IMG/VR virus record: IMGVR_UViG_3300009610_000004
Reading direction: 5' to 3' (one strand)
Origin: an uncultured virus (IMG/VR IMGVR_UViG_3300009610_000004)
Lineage: Duplodnaviria; Heunggongvirae; Uroviricota; Caudoviricetes
DNA length: 64,000 nt
Shown here: in pieces, positions 1 to 9,462 of the stretch
Numbering within the stretch: position 1 is the stretch's first letter
How the letters are laid out: each line of letters begins with the position of its first letter
Notes under the pieces: model-generated
Seen by the model: the letters and a program-made list of their open reading frames with translations, nothing else
Told to the model about the DNA's origin: nothing
Databases searched by the model: none
Made by a program: the position numbers and the translations under genes

Positions 1-117
1 ATTCCGTTCGTACGGCTCAGTGATCAGCCGAGCCGCTTTCCGTCGAACGGACAATTCTAACTCTAGCCGCCGTTGATTTGCAATAGGGTTACGCTCATTT
101 ACGCTCAAGCACACGGC

Positions 118-327
118 TCACCGAAACTTCAGACTACGCCTCAGTTCCTCGTTTGCCTGGAGCCGCGCACTTAACTCCTCCCTCACTTCGACCAGCCGGT
201 CCCCGGCGTCCTGGAAGCGCATGTGCAGCTTGCGCTGGTCGCGGGTGTTCATCGGGCAGATGTGGGCGGCCTCGTCGAGGCAGGCGATAGCCTCCCGAAC
301 CCGGTTAAGTATCTCTGTTTCGTTCAT
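118..327 (-). CDS. hypothetical phage protein (coiled coil)
   Basis: 69-aa ORF, last in a tightly packed minus-strand operon. Confidence 0.6.
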   Translation of the reverse strand: MNETEILNRVREAIACLDEAAHICPMNTRDQRKLHMRFQDAGDRLVEVREELSARLQANEELRRSLKFR

Positions 328-330
328 ATG

Positions 331-540
331 TCAACCTGTCGTTGTCACGGCGACACGGGCCAGCCGGGAGTCCACGGCCTCCCGGAGTGTTGGATAAGTT
401 TTCTCCCCTGCGAGCATCTCTTCGCCAGGCGGGAGGTAGACGATCATGGCCTGATCGCCCTGCATGTGCCAGCTTTTCTTCGTCCAGGCCAGCTTGCGGA
501 AGCCGGCCTCCAGGTAGTCGATCCGTTCAGTGTCGGTCAC
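331..540 (-). CDS. hypothetical phage protein
   Basis: MTDTERIDYLE...TLREAVD pattern typical of small phage proteins; GTG start overlaps upstream stop. Confidence 0.65.
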   Translation of the reverse strand: MTDTERIDYLEAGFRKLAWTKKSWHMQGDQAMIVYLPPGEEMLAGEKTYPTLREAVDSRLARVAVTTTG

Positions 541-887
541 CTTTCCAGACTACGCCTCACTTCGGTCGCGAGCCGCTCAAGGAGGAGCGGCTGGATCAGG
601 TCCGGGGTCAACCTCCAGACGCGCCAATAGCGGAACGCCGCCTCGTTATATTTCTCGCAATCGGCGATGAAGCCTGTCTGGCGCATGTGGCGGCCGCGGT
701 GCTCGCCCTCCTGGACGCCGCCTTCAATCTCGACGGCCATCATGGCGTGCGGCCAAGCGAAGTCGAAGAGCCACTTACGTTTCGGGTGGAACTTATACTC
801 GCGCTCGAACGCCGGCCCTCCGATCGATCGCCAGGAGATGACGAAACGCTCCTCAGGCTCGGACTTAGCTTTGGGAATCTTTGCCAC
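537..887 (-). CDS. PD-(D/E)XK endonuclease (Vsr/DUF559-like)
   Basis: EREYKFHPKRKWLFDFAWP...AVEIEGG...DCEKYNEAA...WRVWR motif series. Confidence 0.8.
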   Translation of the reverse strand: MAKIPKAKSEPEERFVISWRSIGGPAFEREYKFHPKRKWLFDFAWPHAMMAVEIEGGVQEGEHRGRHMRQTGFIADCEKYNEAAFRYWRVWRLTPDLIQPLLLERLATEVRRSLER

Positions 888-1385
888 TTACTCCTCCTGT
901 ATTTTCATTTGCCGCTCGTCTTCTTCGGGCGGTTCCTCTTCGAATAACTTGGCCTGCACGGCGTAAGTGATCCGCATCTTACATTCGGTGCCCTGGTTGG
1001 CCCGCCAGAACGCGCCGATCACGGCCTCGGCGTTCTCGACGGCGATCTTGACCTTAAAGGTCAGGCGGGTCTCGTTGCTATCTTCGCCGCCCTTGCGGAT
1101 GGCCTTGAAGTTCTCGGCCCCGGTGATGCCGATCGCAAGCGCGAGGTCTTTACCGGCCTTCGGTGTCAGGACCATTTCACCGGCCCCCACCGAGCTTTCT
1201 AGCTCGATAGAATCCCAGTTCTCGCGGAGAGCCCCGTCGTCATAGAGGAGGCTCTCCCAGCCCATGATCTTGGCCAGTCTGGCAGAGATGTCTCCGCTGG
1301 CCGCCATCGTCAACATAAATGCGTTCTTCTTACCCCGCAGAGTAAGTGTTTCGGGTGTTACTCCCGATATGTTCAAGGTCGGCAT
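888..1385 (-). CDS. hypothetical protein
   Basis: 165-aa ORF with AGGAAGG-type SD, abuts downstream gene. Confidence 0.7.
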   Translation of the reverse strand: MPTLNISGVTPETLTLRGKKNAFMLTMAASGDISARLAKIMGWESLLYDDGALRENWDSIELESSVGAGEMVLTPKAGKDLALAIGITGAENFKAIRKGGEDSNETRLTFKVKIAVENAEAVIGAFWRANQGTECKMRITYAVQAKLFEEEPPEEDERQMKIQEE

Positions 1386-1809
1386 TGGTCCCTTCCTGTT
1401 GTTGCACGGGCGGGCGCGGGCGCGGCCCGTACTTGTAAAACCACTTAGACCGGTTGCGGGCGTTCTTACGGTCGCGCTGTTCTTGCGTCAGCACTCGTTT
1501 TTTTTTATCGGGAGCCCGCACCCGCTTCACGTACGGCACCGGCTCGGCTTCGATGTCACGGGCCCAGCGGATGTCCCGATCCGGCCCCTTGATGGGGATC
1601 TCCTGGCCTTCTTCGAGGGCGATCATGACCTCGTCCGGGATGTCTTCCTGCTTCATGTTTCCGTACCCGGCCCGGATCAGCGCGTCTAACTCGGCGAACC
1701 GTTTCTTATCGGTAAGTGCCATCGGTTGAACCCCCGTTGGTTTCTCGACACCGGCCTGTTTGATTCCGAAGAACCGGCAGACGTGATACAGGGCACCCGG
1801 CATGGGCAT
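1330..1809 (-). CDS. hypothetical protein (basic C-terminus)
   Basis: ATG at 1809 directly after the ATPase stop; start uncertain (alternative 1723). Confidence 0.55.
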   Translation of the reverse strand: MPMPGALYHVCRFFGIKQAGVEKPTGVQPMALTDKKRFAELDALIRAGYGNMKQEDIPDEVMIALEEGQEIPIKGPDRDIRWARDIEAEPVPYVKRVRAPDKKKRVLTQEQRDRKNARNRSKWFYKYGPRPRPPVQQQEGTNADLEHIGSNTRNTYSAG

Positions 1810-1810
1810 G

Positions 1811-3148
1811 TCACGCCTCCACCGCTTGTAACTCGGTGCCGGATTCGACCCGGGCCATGATGATCTGCAGGCCCAGATCCTTGGCCGCATCGACGAGCAG
1901 CTTCATACTGTCGACGTCGAGGACTTCGCTCTCGTCCAGGACCATCAGGGGTAAGTCGCCGAGGGCCTGCGCCGCGATCGTGATGGCGATCTTACACTGC
2001 ATCGACTTATTCACATGCGGCCATGCCACGTTGTCCACATAGACTTCCGGTATGTTTTTCTCGACCCGCACCTCAAGCCCCGGGATCGGGAGCGTGGCGA
2101 GCTTCTCGGACTTGAGCCGGTCGAGGCCCTTGACCGCGGCGTCCAGTTGGTTCCAGCGGGCCTGTAACTGCCGGGCCGAGTCCCGCATCTTGTCCAGTTG
2201 GGCGCGCTGGCCCTCGACGCGATTTTGGGCGGCGAGGGAAGCCTCGGCTTGGCCGAGCGAGTTAGTAAGTTCCTCCAGTTGCGTGGCGACCGCCTCGCGG
2301 AGCGCGTTCTTCTCGGTCTGCGCCGCGATGAGGGACCGACCATACGCTTCGTTGTACTCCGCGCCGACTACGGCCACGGCTGCATCGAACTCGTGCTTCA
2401 GCTTGAGGAGCTTCTTGTCCCGGGCCTCGCGGAGGCCGTCGACCACTTCCTGGTGTTGCTGATCGACGGCGGCGATGTCCCGCTCCAGTTCGGCCTTGCC
2501 CTCGCCCACCTGGGCCCGGAGCATGTCGACGGCTTCCTTCCAGGTGGACTGGGTGCCTTCCGGCAGGTTCTTCTCGGTCTCGATGATGAACCCTACCGCG
2601 ATCGACTGCTCGCGCGCCACCTCGGTGCGGCTGGCGTACCGGCCTTCCCGGATCTCGATGAAGCGCTTCAGGTCGATCTGCTCCTGCGGGTTCAGGATGT
2701 GCTCGTTGCTGGCCTCGTTCACTTCCTGGCCGCCGAACTTGACGGGCATCACCTTCGAGAGCTCGTCGGCCCGCTCCTTGCCGGTCATCGTAATAAAGGC
2801 GGCCGGATTGAACCTCAGGCCGCTCGCCAGCTTCTTGACGTACGTGGCCTCGGCATTCACTTTGCCCTTGTCGGCAGTTCTGACTTCGAGCGTGGACCGC
2901 TCCGGCTTGATGGTCTTGCGGATGGTGACGCCGTCATCGAGGGCCAGGAGGATCGATCCCTCCTTGGCCCCCTTCCTGATCAGTTGCGGATCATGTCCCC
3001 CCTCGAAGACGCTGATCAGCGCGTCGACCACGGAAGTTTTCCCGGCGCCGTTCCTCCCCCGCAGGATGGTAACAGCGCCGGTCTCAAAGGCGAGCGAATC
3101 GATACCTTTGATGTCCTTGATCTTGACAGACTTCAGGCGGCGGGTCAT
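1811..3148 (-). CDS. SMC/Rad50/SbcC-like ABC ATPase (phage recombination)
   Basis: Walker A GRNGAGKTS near N-terminus, long central coiled coil, Walker B LMVLDESE near C-terminus. Confidence 0.85.
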   Translation of the reverse strand: MTRRLKSVKIKDIKGIDSLAFETGAVTILRGRNGAGKTSVVDALISVFEGGHDPQLIRKGAKEGSILLALDDGVTIRKTIKPERSTLEVRTADKGKVNAEATYVKKLASGLRFNPAAFITMTGKERADELSKVMPVKFGGQEVNEASNEHILNPQEQIDLKRFIEIREGRYASRTEVAREQSIAVGFIIETEKNLPEGTQSTWKEAVDMLRAQVGEGKAELERDIAAVDQQHQEVVDGLREARDKKLLKLKHEFDAAVAVVGAEYNEAYGRSLIAAQTEKNALREAVATQLEELTNSLGQAEASLAAQNRVEGQRAQLDKMRDSARQLQARWNQLDAAVKGLDRLKSEKLATLPIPGLEVRVEKNIPEVYVDNVAWPHVNKSMQCKIAITIAAQALGDLPLMVLDESEVLDVDSMKLLVDAAKDLGLQIIMARVESGTELQAVEA

Positions 3149-4458
3149 TTCTTGTTCCCCTTGCCCTTGGTCGCGCGGGCCATTTTGAGCACCACCTCAT
3201 AGAGATCGGGCCTCATCTGGTCATAACGCTCCGCGCCCCCGGCTTTCACCAGCTTGGCGATCTGCTCGTCGTCGAGGTTATTGGCGTGGATCACCTGTGC
3301 GAACTCCTGCGCCTGATCGATGGTGATGTAGCGTTTATCCGGAGCGGGGGCGTCCACTGTGGAGATCGTTCCAACCGATCCCTGCGAGGTCGAAGTTGGA
3401 ACCTTCGCCTCGCCAGATGGCATTTCACCCCCGCTGTTACCCATACGGGCAGTTGCTTCTGCTTGGGATACTGTTTGGCTGCCGGTGAGCGCGGCGAGTT
3501 TGGCGTTGCGCACCTTGTCGGCATCCTCGGCGCTGCCGACCGGGTTCCGCTCGCGGATGCACTCTTCCCAGGTGGCCTCCTCATTACTGATCCTCGTCCA
3601 GACGCCGCGAAGCTCCGACAACTCATCGGACGTGAGCCGTTCCAGGGTATGACCCAGGTATTGCTCAAGGTCAACCGCCATGACCCGCAACTCGGCGAAG
3701 GCGTCGATCAGTTTGTTCTTCGCGCCTTGGGGATCCTTGGCATCCGCATCGTGGGTGGTCTTCACCGCCTGGAGCAGGGCCGCACGGATAATGTGGCGCG
3801 GCAGGAACTCCTCGGCGGCGGCGCGCTTGGCGAGGGCCGTCTGCCGGAGCTCCTCCTTGCGGAGCTCGTCGAGGTTCATGCGAACGATGTACACTTCCTC
3901 GCCCTCGGTGGTGATCCTGGTCCCCAGAATCTCCCGGCCTGGCGGGGGATCGACCGTGCCGGTCTGGCGGTTCTGATAGCCACGCTTCTCGATGCGCTTC
4001 TCGATCGTGAAGGTTCGCACCACATGAAAGTTCGTCTCGTAGTCGGAGATGGTGACCGCGCCGATCCGCAGATCCGGCGTCTCGGTGATTACGGCCGGCT
4101 CACTGGAGTTGTTGCCGAACAACCGGAGAGCGGTCCTCAATAAGTGGATAGTCGGCCCCTTGGCCACCTTCTCGACCCAGCGGCCTTGGGCGTTCTTCTC
4201 TTTGCCCACAGGCCGGGCATACTCGCAGAGCGCCGCGAACTCCGGGTCTTTCACCAAGGTCATGAGCTTGGCGCGGAAATTGTCTTCGCTGCGGGGCCGC
4301 TGGATCGCCATCACGTAGCGGGCCTGCACCGCGGCCTGCGCATGGGCGACCTGGGTTGCGGTGGCGACGTCGACCGCAGCGCGATGGGTGATTTCCCCCA
4401 TCTGGTTGGTCTGCACCTCCCCGGGTGCCCGCACCAGAGCTTGTTCTTGATCAGCCAT
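3145..4458 (-). CDS. putative recombination / single-strand annealing protein
   Basis: VQARYVMAIQRPRSE...YARPVG...GPTIHL pattern recalled from phage recombination modules; adjacent to ATPase; function inferred from context. Confidence 0.5.
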   Translation of the reverse strand: MADQEQALVRAPGEVQTNQMGEITHRAAVDVATATQVAHAQAAVQARYVMAIQRPRSEDNFRAKLMTLVKDPEFAALCEYARPVGKEKNAQGRWVEKVAKGPTIHLLRTALRLFGNNSSEPAVITETPDLRIGAVTISDYETNFHVVRTFTIEKRIEKRGYQNRQTGTVDPPPGREILGTRITTEGEEVYIVRMNLDELRKEELRQTALAKRAAAEEFLPRHIIRAALLQAVKTTHDADAKDPQGAKNKLIDAFAELRVMAVDLEQYLGHTLERLTSDELSELRGVWTRISNEEATWEECIRERNPVGSAEDADKVRNAKLAALTGSQTVSQAEATARMGNSGGEMPSGEAKVPTSTSQGSVGTISTVDAPAPDKRYITIDQAQEFAQVIHANNLDDEQIAKLVKAGGAERYDQMRPDLYEVVLKMARATKGKGNKK

Positions 4459-4462
4459 TACT

Positions 4463-4675
4463 TCACCTCTTTCCTGGTTGTCGGCGCAGGTTGGCTATGG
4501 TCTGTTCAAGAGCTTTGACAATCTCCGGGTTGGTCACCTTGGTGACGCCGTGGAACGTCCTCGACACCGTACCCGGGGACATGCCGAGCTGCTCTGCTAC
4601 GCGGCTCAGAATTCCTGGGAAGGCTTTGAGAATGTCGGCACGCTCACGCTCGTTGCCGAAGCCATTGTTGTCCAT
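4463..4675 (-). CDS. Cro-like helix-turn-helix regulator
   Basis: ILSRVAEQLGMSPGTVSRTFHG HTH; first gene behind a promoter carrying palindromes. Confidence 0.75.
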   Translation of the reverse strand: MDNNGFGNERERADILKAFPGILSRVAEQLGMSPGTVSRTFHGVTKVTNPEIVKALEQTIANLRRQPGKR

Positions 4676-4692
4676 GCTTTGTGCGCACAACA

Positions 4693-4721
4693 ACTATAAG
4701 CTTTGCGCAAAGATGGTGCAA
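4693..4721 (-). promoter_or_regulatory. sigma70-type promoter TTGCAC-17-TATAGT with CTTTGCGCAAAG operator in the spacer
   Basis: -35 at 4716-4721, -10 at 4693-4698, palindrome 4701-4712; second palindrome TTGTGCGCACAA at 4679-4690. Confidence 0.75.
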
Positions 4722-4732
4722 TAAGGAAGTAC

Positions 4733-7700
4733 TCAGATCTTCGAGGTGCCGCCGATCCGCACCGTGCCGCCGATCCGCGCGCCGCTCGATCCGCTGGGAG
4801 CCACGCCTCCGGTCCCCACCGTGATCGCCCCGGCACCCACGTCCGGGCAGAAGATCGTATTGTCCCCGGCCCCCACCACGATCCCCGTGCAGCCGGTCAC
4901 CGGGCTCCCGCCCAGGCTCACCGTGTAGGTGCCCGGGTCGAGGCCGGCCGCGATCACATCGGTAGTGGCGTCCGTCGTGAAAGAAGGAACCGAGGCAAAG
5001 GTGCCGCCGCCGCGCGCGTGCAGGTACGTGAGATCGGTGTACTGTGCCCCGGACCAATCCGCCGAAGGATTCAGTGGCGCTGCGCTAATAGTGGTCACCG
5101 TCCCGGTAGACACCTTATGCGCGGTGAACATCTCCAGTGCCGTGACACTGTCACAACTACTCGTCCCCCCACACCCCGTCACTCGCCAGCTATGGTCAAT
5201 CCCGCCCGTGTACGTCCCGTCTGGATTGTCTACCTGCACGAACAGATTAGACCCGGTGGGGGCGAGATACTTAGTGACCAACGAGTACACCGTCCCACTC
5301 GTCGCCGAGTTCACCTGTCTGGACGTGTTGATACCGGCGCACGTACTATCACCAGGACACGTCGTCGTCCCCTCCACCCCACCCTCGCCGTTCTGCACGT
5401 AATGCGTATAGTACTTGATCGTCCCCGCCGCCGACCGCACCACGTCATCCCATAGAATCACGTACTCCTGTTTACCGGCCCGCTTGTAATGGAGGAAAGC
5501 GCGGTGTTGTCTCGTCACCCCGCTACGCCACGTAGTCGCGAGGTTGGACAGGGCATACGCAAACGCCGAATCACCCCTGCCGTCATTATTTGCCCCGCCT
5601 GCCCACCGCAGTACCGGCGCATGGTAGTGCTGCATGACGATGTTGCCGTTCGTCGTGGATTGCTGGCCGTCATTCTCAACCAGCCCGCCCAGTTGAGACA
5701 CGTTCGATCTGGGGTAATTCGTGGCCGGGACCACCGCCCCGAGGTTGCCTAGTGATTGGGCAGCTTGGAAACTATCGGCGCACACAAGTCCATTGCCCTT
5801 GACAATGCAATAATCCCCGGCCCGCCTCGTGTCGTGATCGCAAACGTAACTGGCCGACGAGTAGCTGGCTAAGGTGGCGGATGCGTCGGCCCAACTGGAT
5901 CGGCTAAGGACATACGCCATCCCGGACGATCCAGTTGGTGGGCAATCTACCGCGCCGGCCTCATTGCACCAAGCGAGGTCAGAGGGAACCAATCTGAACA
6001 ACCTCTGGGTGGGGTCGCTAAGGTAGTTGGTAGGAGTGACATTCGGGGGAAGCCGTCTGAATATATTGTTGGACTGGTACCCATTCACCGCCGCGATACT
6101 CGACGCCGTGAAATTGGCGACCGTGTTGTACCAGTACATGAACTTGGACGTCTCAGTGGACGCCGGGAATATCCTACTGCTGGCGGGAAAGCTGGTCATT
6201 CTTCCCCCGGCGGTATTCCAGCACTCAGTCCCATCGGCGTCTGCCCCAAATGCCCAGACGCACCAGTTTCTATTCTCGAGCAAAGCATTCGGGTGCCACA
6301 AGAATCGCCATGCATCGGTGAAGCTCTTGATGTAACCGGCGTCGGTCACGTCAGGCCCGTTGACAAACGCATTTCTCCACCATGTCGGGATGTCCAGGGA
6401 CATGTAGCTTACCCTGGCAAAGGTGTAGTTGGGACCGCCATTCACGAACCCGGTATACTGCCCCCGCTCGGTGGGATGCGTGTAGTCCATGTAGAAGACG
6501 CTGGCGTCGGAGAGGAGAGCGGCGGCCCGCGGATCGTTATCAGCCAGGACCATCCCCATCAGGATCGCGAAGTGCAACTTAGACCGCGTCATGTTATTGA
6601 TGGGGTCAACCGATTCGTTGGTAGTATTTCCGCCCACTGGGGTGTAGTAGATCGGGTGCGCTATAGGGGAACCGCCGTGATGCTTTAGAAACCACCACAG
6701 GCCGCAGGAATTGGAGGAACGTGGGTTGATCACGGCATAGGGGGTATTGACGCGGGTGAAGTTTTGGTTGACCGTCAGGGTATTGTCGTCGATCACCCCG
6801 TTCACGTAGACCGACTGATTGGAAGTAATAGAACTACCGGTGGTCGTCTGGCTGGTAAGGATGGAGCCTACGACTACCTGTGAGAGGAACGATGTACCTA
6901 CCCCGGTGAGTGTGACGTTGGCCGCCTCATTTGCCGTAACGGATATGGTGCCACTTCGATTGACCCGCTGTAACGGCACGCAGGAATCACCCCGGTCATT
7001 GAGCATGGCATTGGCAAAAGCCGCCCGCTCGCCAGCGTCAATGTATGACGTGGTCTTCATGAGATCGTACATGTAGAGAATATGGTCAGCGGAGATACTG
7101 GCAAAATCCCCAAATTGCCCATCTCCGCAAAGAGCGGTGGTTTCGTCGCACGCGCCGTTGTTAAAGAAAGTTCCTGGGTGGTTGATCGCGTACTCGGCAA
7201 TGGTGCATGCCTCGGTGTCGCTCCGGTTGAGGTAACAAATGGTGGCGAAGCTGGAGGCGGCTTCCTTTTGGTAATCCCTTCTGCCTAACGTGTATGCCGG
7301 TGGGGAACCGCCGGTCAGGTATGGGTTACGCACGGTCGGGGTATTGACCGCCACCCATGCCTGATTACTCCCCTGGGCCCAACTGGAGATGGTGAGATTG
7401 GCGCTGTTGTAGGTGGCGTCGGTAACACTGGCGGTGGCCCACTGGATGGTGGTCGCCGTGGGGACGGCGGTGATGGTGAAGTACACGGTACTGGTGACCG
7501 TGCTGGCGCAGTTGAGGTTGGGGTCGATCGCCCCAAATACACAGATCTTATTCCCCACGGCGAGACCGTGGGCGCGGGTGTAGGTGGCGGTGGCGGTGTT
7601 ACCACTGTCTACGATGTTGGTGAGAAGGCCGTTCTCTGGCGATGCCGCAAACTCAATCAGATTTCCCGCCGGGTTCCAGTTGACACGCGGAGATGGTTGC

Positions 7701-8065
7701 AACGTATAGGGGGTAACCACCCCGGCGATTTGGAATCCACCGGCAGATCCTGCGTTGTCCCCGTTGTTCCAGGTTCCTGTTCCTGCTACCGCGGTGGTTC
7801 TTCCGGCGTCGGAGTAAAGGCTCAGGGTCGTGCTAGTGGGCACGTTCACGTATCGCAAGCCGTTGGTGGCTAGGTTACCGGCAATGTTGGAGAACCAGAC
7901 TCTGTCACCATCCACCATGTGGTGAGCCGCCGCACACGTCACCACAATAGGACTCGCGTTCGTGGCCCCCGTGACGCGGCAGTTTTTATTATCGTGAGTA
8001 CGCAGATAAACGTCGACCGCCCCGGCCTGGCCGGCGAACGCGAGGAGCAGAAACAGAATTCGCAT
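4733..8065 (-). CDS. secreted polysaccharide lyase-like protein (heparinase II/III-like) with beta-rich FCCH-like repeats
   Basis: signal peptide MRILFLLLAFAGQAGA|VDV; ATNASPIVVT...HHMVDGDRV and TRAHGLAVGNKI repeats; GGPNY and DHDTRRAGDYCIVKG resemble heparinase II/III motifs; many Cys pairs. Confidence 0.6.
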   Translation of the reverse strand: MRILFLLLAFAGQAGAVDVYLRTHDNKNCRVTGATNASPIVVTCAAAHHMVDGDRVWFSNIAGNLATNGLRYVNVPTSTTLSLYSDAGRTTAVAGTGTWNNGDNAGSAGGFQIAGVVTPYTLQPSPRVNWNPAGNLIEFAASPENGLLTNIVDSGNTATATYTRAHGLAVGNKICVFGAIDPNLNCASTVTSTVYFTITAVPTATTIQWATASVTDATYNSANLTISSWAQGSNQAWVAVNTPTVRNPYLTGGSPPAYTLGRRDYQKEAASSFATICYLNRSDTEACTIAEYAINHPGTFFNNGACDETTALCGDGQFGDFASISADHILYMYDLMKTTSYIDAGERAAFANAMLNDRGDSCVPLQRVNRSGTISVTANEAANVTLTGVGTSFLSQVVVGSILTSQTTTGSSITSNQSVYVNGVIDDNTLTVNQNFTRVNTPYAVINPRSSNSCGLWWFLKHHGGSPIAHPIYYTPVGGNTTNESVDPINNMTRSKLHFAILMGMVLADNDPRAAALLSDASVFYMDYTHPTERGQYTGFVNGGPNYTFARVSYMSLDIPTWWRNAFVNGPDVTDAGYIKSFTDAWRFLWHPNALLENRNWCVWAFGADADGTECWNTAGGRMTSFPASSRIFPASTETSKFMYWYNTVANFTASSIAAVNGYQSNNIFRRLPPNVTPTNYLSDPTQRLFRLVPSDLAWCNEAGAVDCPPTGSSGMAYVLSRSSWADASATLASYSSASYVCDHDTRRAGDYCIVKGNGLVCADSFQAAQSLGNLGAVVPATNYPRSNVSQLGGLVENDGQQSTTNGNIVMQHYHAPVLRWAGGANNDGRGDSAFAYALSNLATTWRSGVTRQHRAFLHYKRAGKQEYVILWDDVVRSAAGTIKYYTHYVQNGEGGVEGTTTCPGDSTCAGINTSRQVNSATSGTVYSLVTKYLAPTGSNLFVQVDNPDGTYTGGIDHSWRVTGCGGTSSCDSVTALEMFTAHKVSTGTVTTISAAPLNPSADWSGAQYTDLTYLHARGGGTFASVPSFTTDATTDVIAAGLDPGTYTVSLGGSPVTGCTGIVVGAGDNTIFCPDVGAGAITVGTGGVAPSGSSGARIGGTVRIGGTSKI

Positions 8066-8072
8066 TTTGGGT

Positions 8073-9452
8073 TTAATACACAACAAAGACTTGGCCGGTG
8101 CTACTGCGGTACAAGTCGCCAGCCACCTTACCGGCAGAGAGGGCGGCGGCGTTGTTGGCATGTACCGCCAGCGTCAGGATACGGGCGCCCCCGAGGACGT
8201 GGAGCCCCACGGCCGGCGATGCGGTGCCGATCCCCACTCGTCCCGCGTTGGTTAGCTGGAAGGTGGCCGCGTTGACGTCGGCGGTCCAGGGCGTCTGGGG
8301 CGTGCCTGGGATGGCGACGTTGGTCCGGTTGTTGGCGGCGTCATCGGTGGCCGTGACGCCAGCGCCCGTGAAGTTCAGGGCGGCCCGGCTGGTCCTGACC
8401 ACTCCCTCGTCCTGGACGATGGCAACTCCTGGAATCCCTTGGGGACCGGCGGGGCCTTGGGGACCGGCTGGACCGGCTGCAAAGGAACCATCAGCCCGCA
8501 GGAACTTCGTCGCATCCCCGGTGTAACCAGCCAAATCCGTCACTATAACCGGATCATCACCTGTGGCAGCGTGCTCCTCCCCGTGATGCCGTGGAGGTCC
8601 ACCGACTGCCGTGCTCATTATCAGCATTTCACCTTGGGAAGCATGAGCACGAGTCACAAACCCTATCCGCTGGACGTAAGCAGGGAATACCGGAGGAGTA
8701 TTCTGCATCCCGCCAGCAACGGTTGACGACACATATAATCGCTCACCTTCAAAAAAACCTAACGTATTCAACAGTTGCAGCGTCCCAACCACTAACACAC
8801 GAATAAATAGATTGGATGCACCTGAGTCTAAGGCCATCCCAATCGCAGGCATGGTTTCTATCTGGTCAGCCTTGGCCAACCGCAATAGTGCATTTGCCCC
8901 CTGGGCCCCTTCGATATAAACCAACTGACCACGGAGGATGCCCCCAGACTCATTCACCTTGCCCACCAGAATGTTGTCTTGGGCAAGGCGAACGGCATTC
9001 GCACCACTGTCACGCACCTCCAACATCGAAAACCCACTTGCATTTAATGAATGCAATCGAGCCTGACCAATCGGCGGATCACCCGGTAAACCAGTACCTT
9101 GTTCAATCAGGTCCATGAATGGAACCGGACTAGCTGCATTCCCGAGCGGCGTGAGCATCTGGAAGAAACCACCGACTGGATACCACGTAGCCAGCACATA
9201 CTGGTGTGCTCGTATGTCACCGGCCACCAGCGGCGTGTCAATGGCTCCATTGAGCTTGCACAACGGGCGTGGTCCCAGCCCATTCAAGTTGATGGTCACC
9301 GGGCCGGTGTTATCGCCAGCGGCATAGAAGCCGATGAGCATCACCGGCTGAACTTCCACCAGATTTTCATAGGTGAACAGAGCCGGACTCGGCGTGCCGG
9401 TGATGTTGTCGGTGCCTGTGGGAACGAACGTTACGACATTCTGTGGTCTCAT
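8073..9452 (-). CDS. tail/head fibre protein with collagen-like repeat
   Basis: NTGPVTINLNGLG fibre motif, RGQLVYI...AKAD...PAIGMA domain, GPAGPQGPAGPQGIPG, GRVGIGTASP; no signal peptide. Confidence 0.75.
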   Translation of the reverse strand: MRPQNVVTFVPTGTDNITGTPSPALFTYENLVEVQPVMLIGFYAAGDNTGPVTINLNGLGPRPLCKLNGAIDTPLVAGDIRAHQYVLATWYPVGGFFQMLTPLGNAASPVPFMDLIEQGTGLPGDPPIGQARLHSLNASGFSMLEVRDSGANAVRLAQDNILVGKVNESGGILRGQLVYIEGAQGANALLRLAKADQIETMPAIGMALDSGASNLFIRVLVVGTLQLLNTLGFFEGERLYVSSTVAGGMQNTPPVFPAYVQRIGFVTRAHASQGEMLIMSTAVGGPPRHHGEEHAATGDDPVIVTDLAGYTGDATKFLRADGSFAAGPAGPQGPAGPQGIPGVAIVQDEGVVRTSRAALNFTGAGVTATDDAANNRTNVAIPGTPQTPWTADVNAATFQLTNAGRVGIGTASPAVGLHVLGGARILTLAVHANNAAALSAGKVAGDLYRSSTGQVFVVY

Positions 9453-9462
9453 ATCGATATCC

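Noticed and set aside
8066..8161. ORF-track N-terminal extensions (also 13954-14112 and 26020-26121)
   Set aside because: They overlap upstream genes; downstream ATGs fit operon packing and expose the signal peptides
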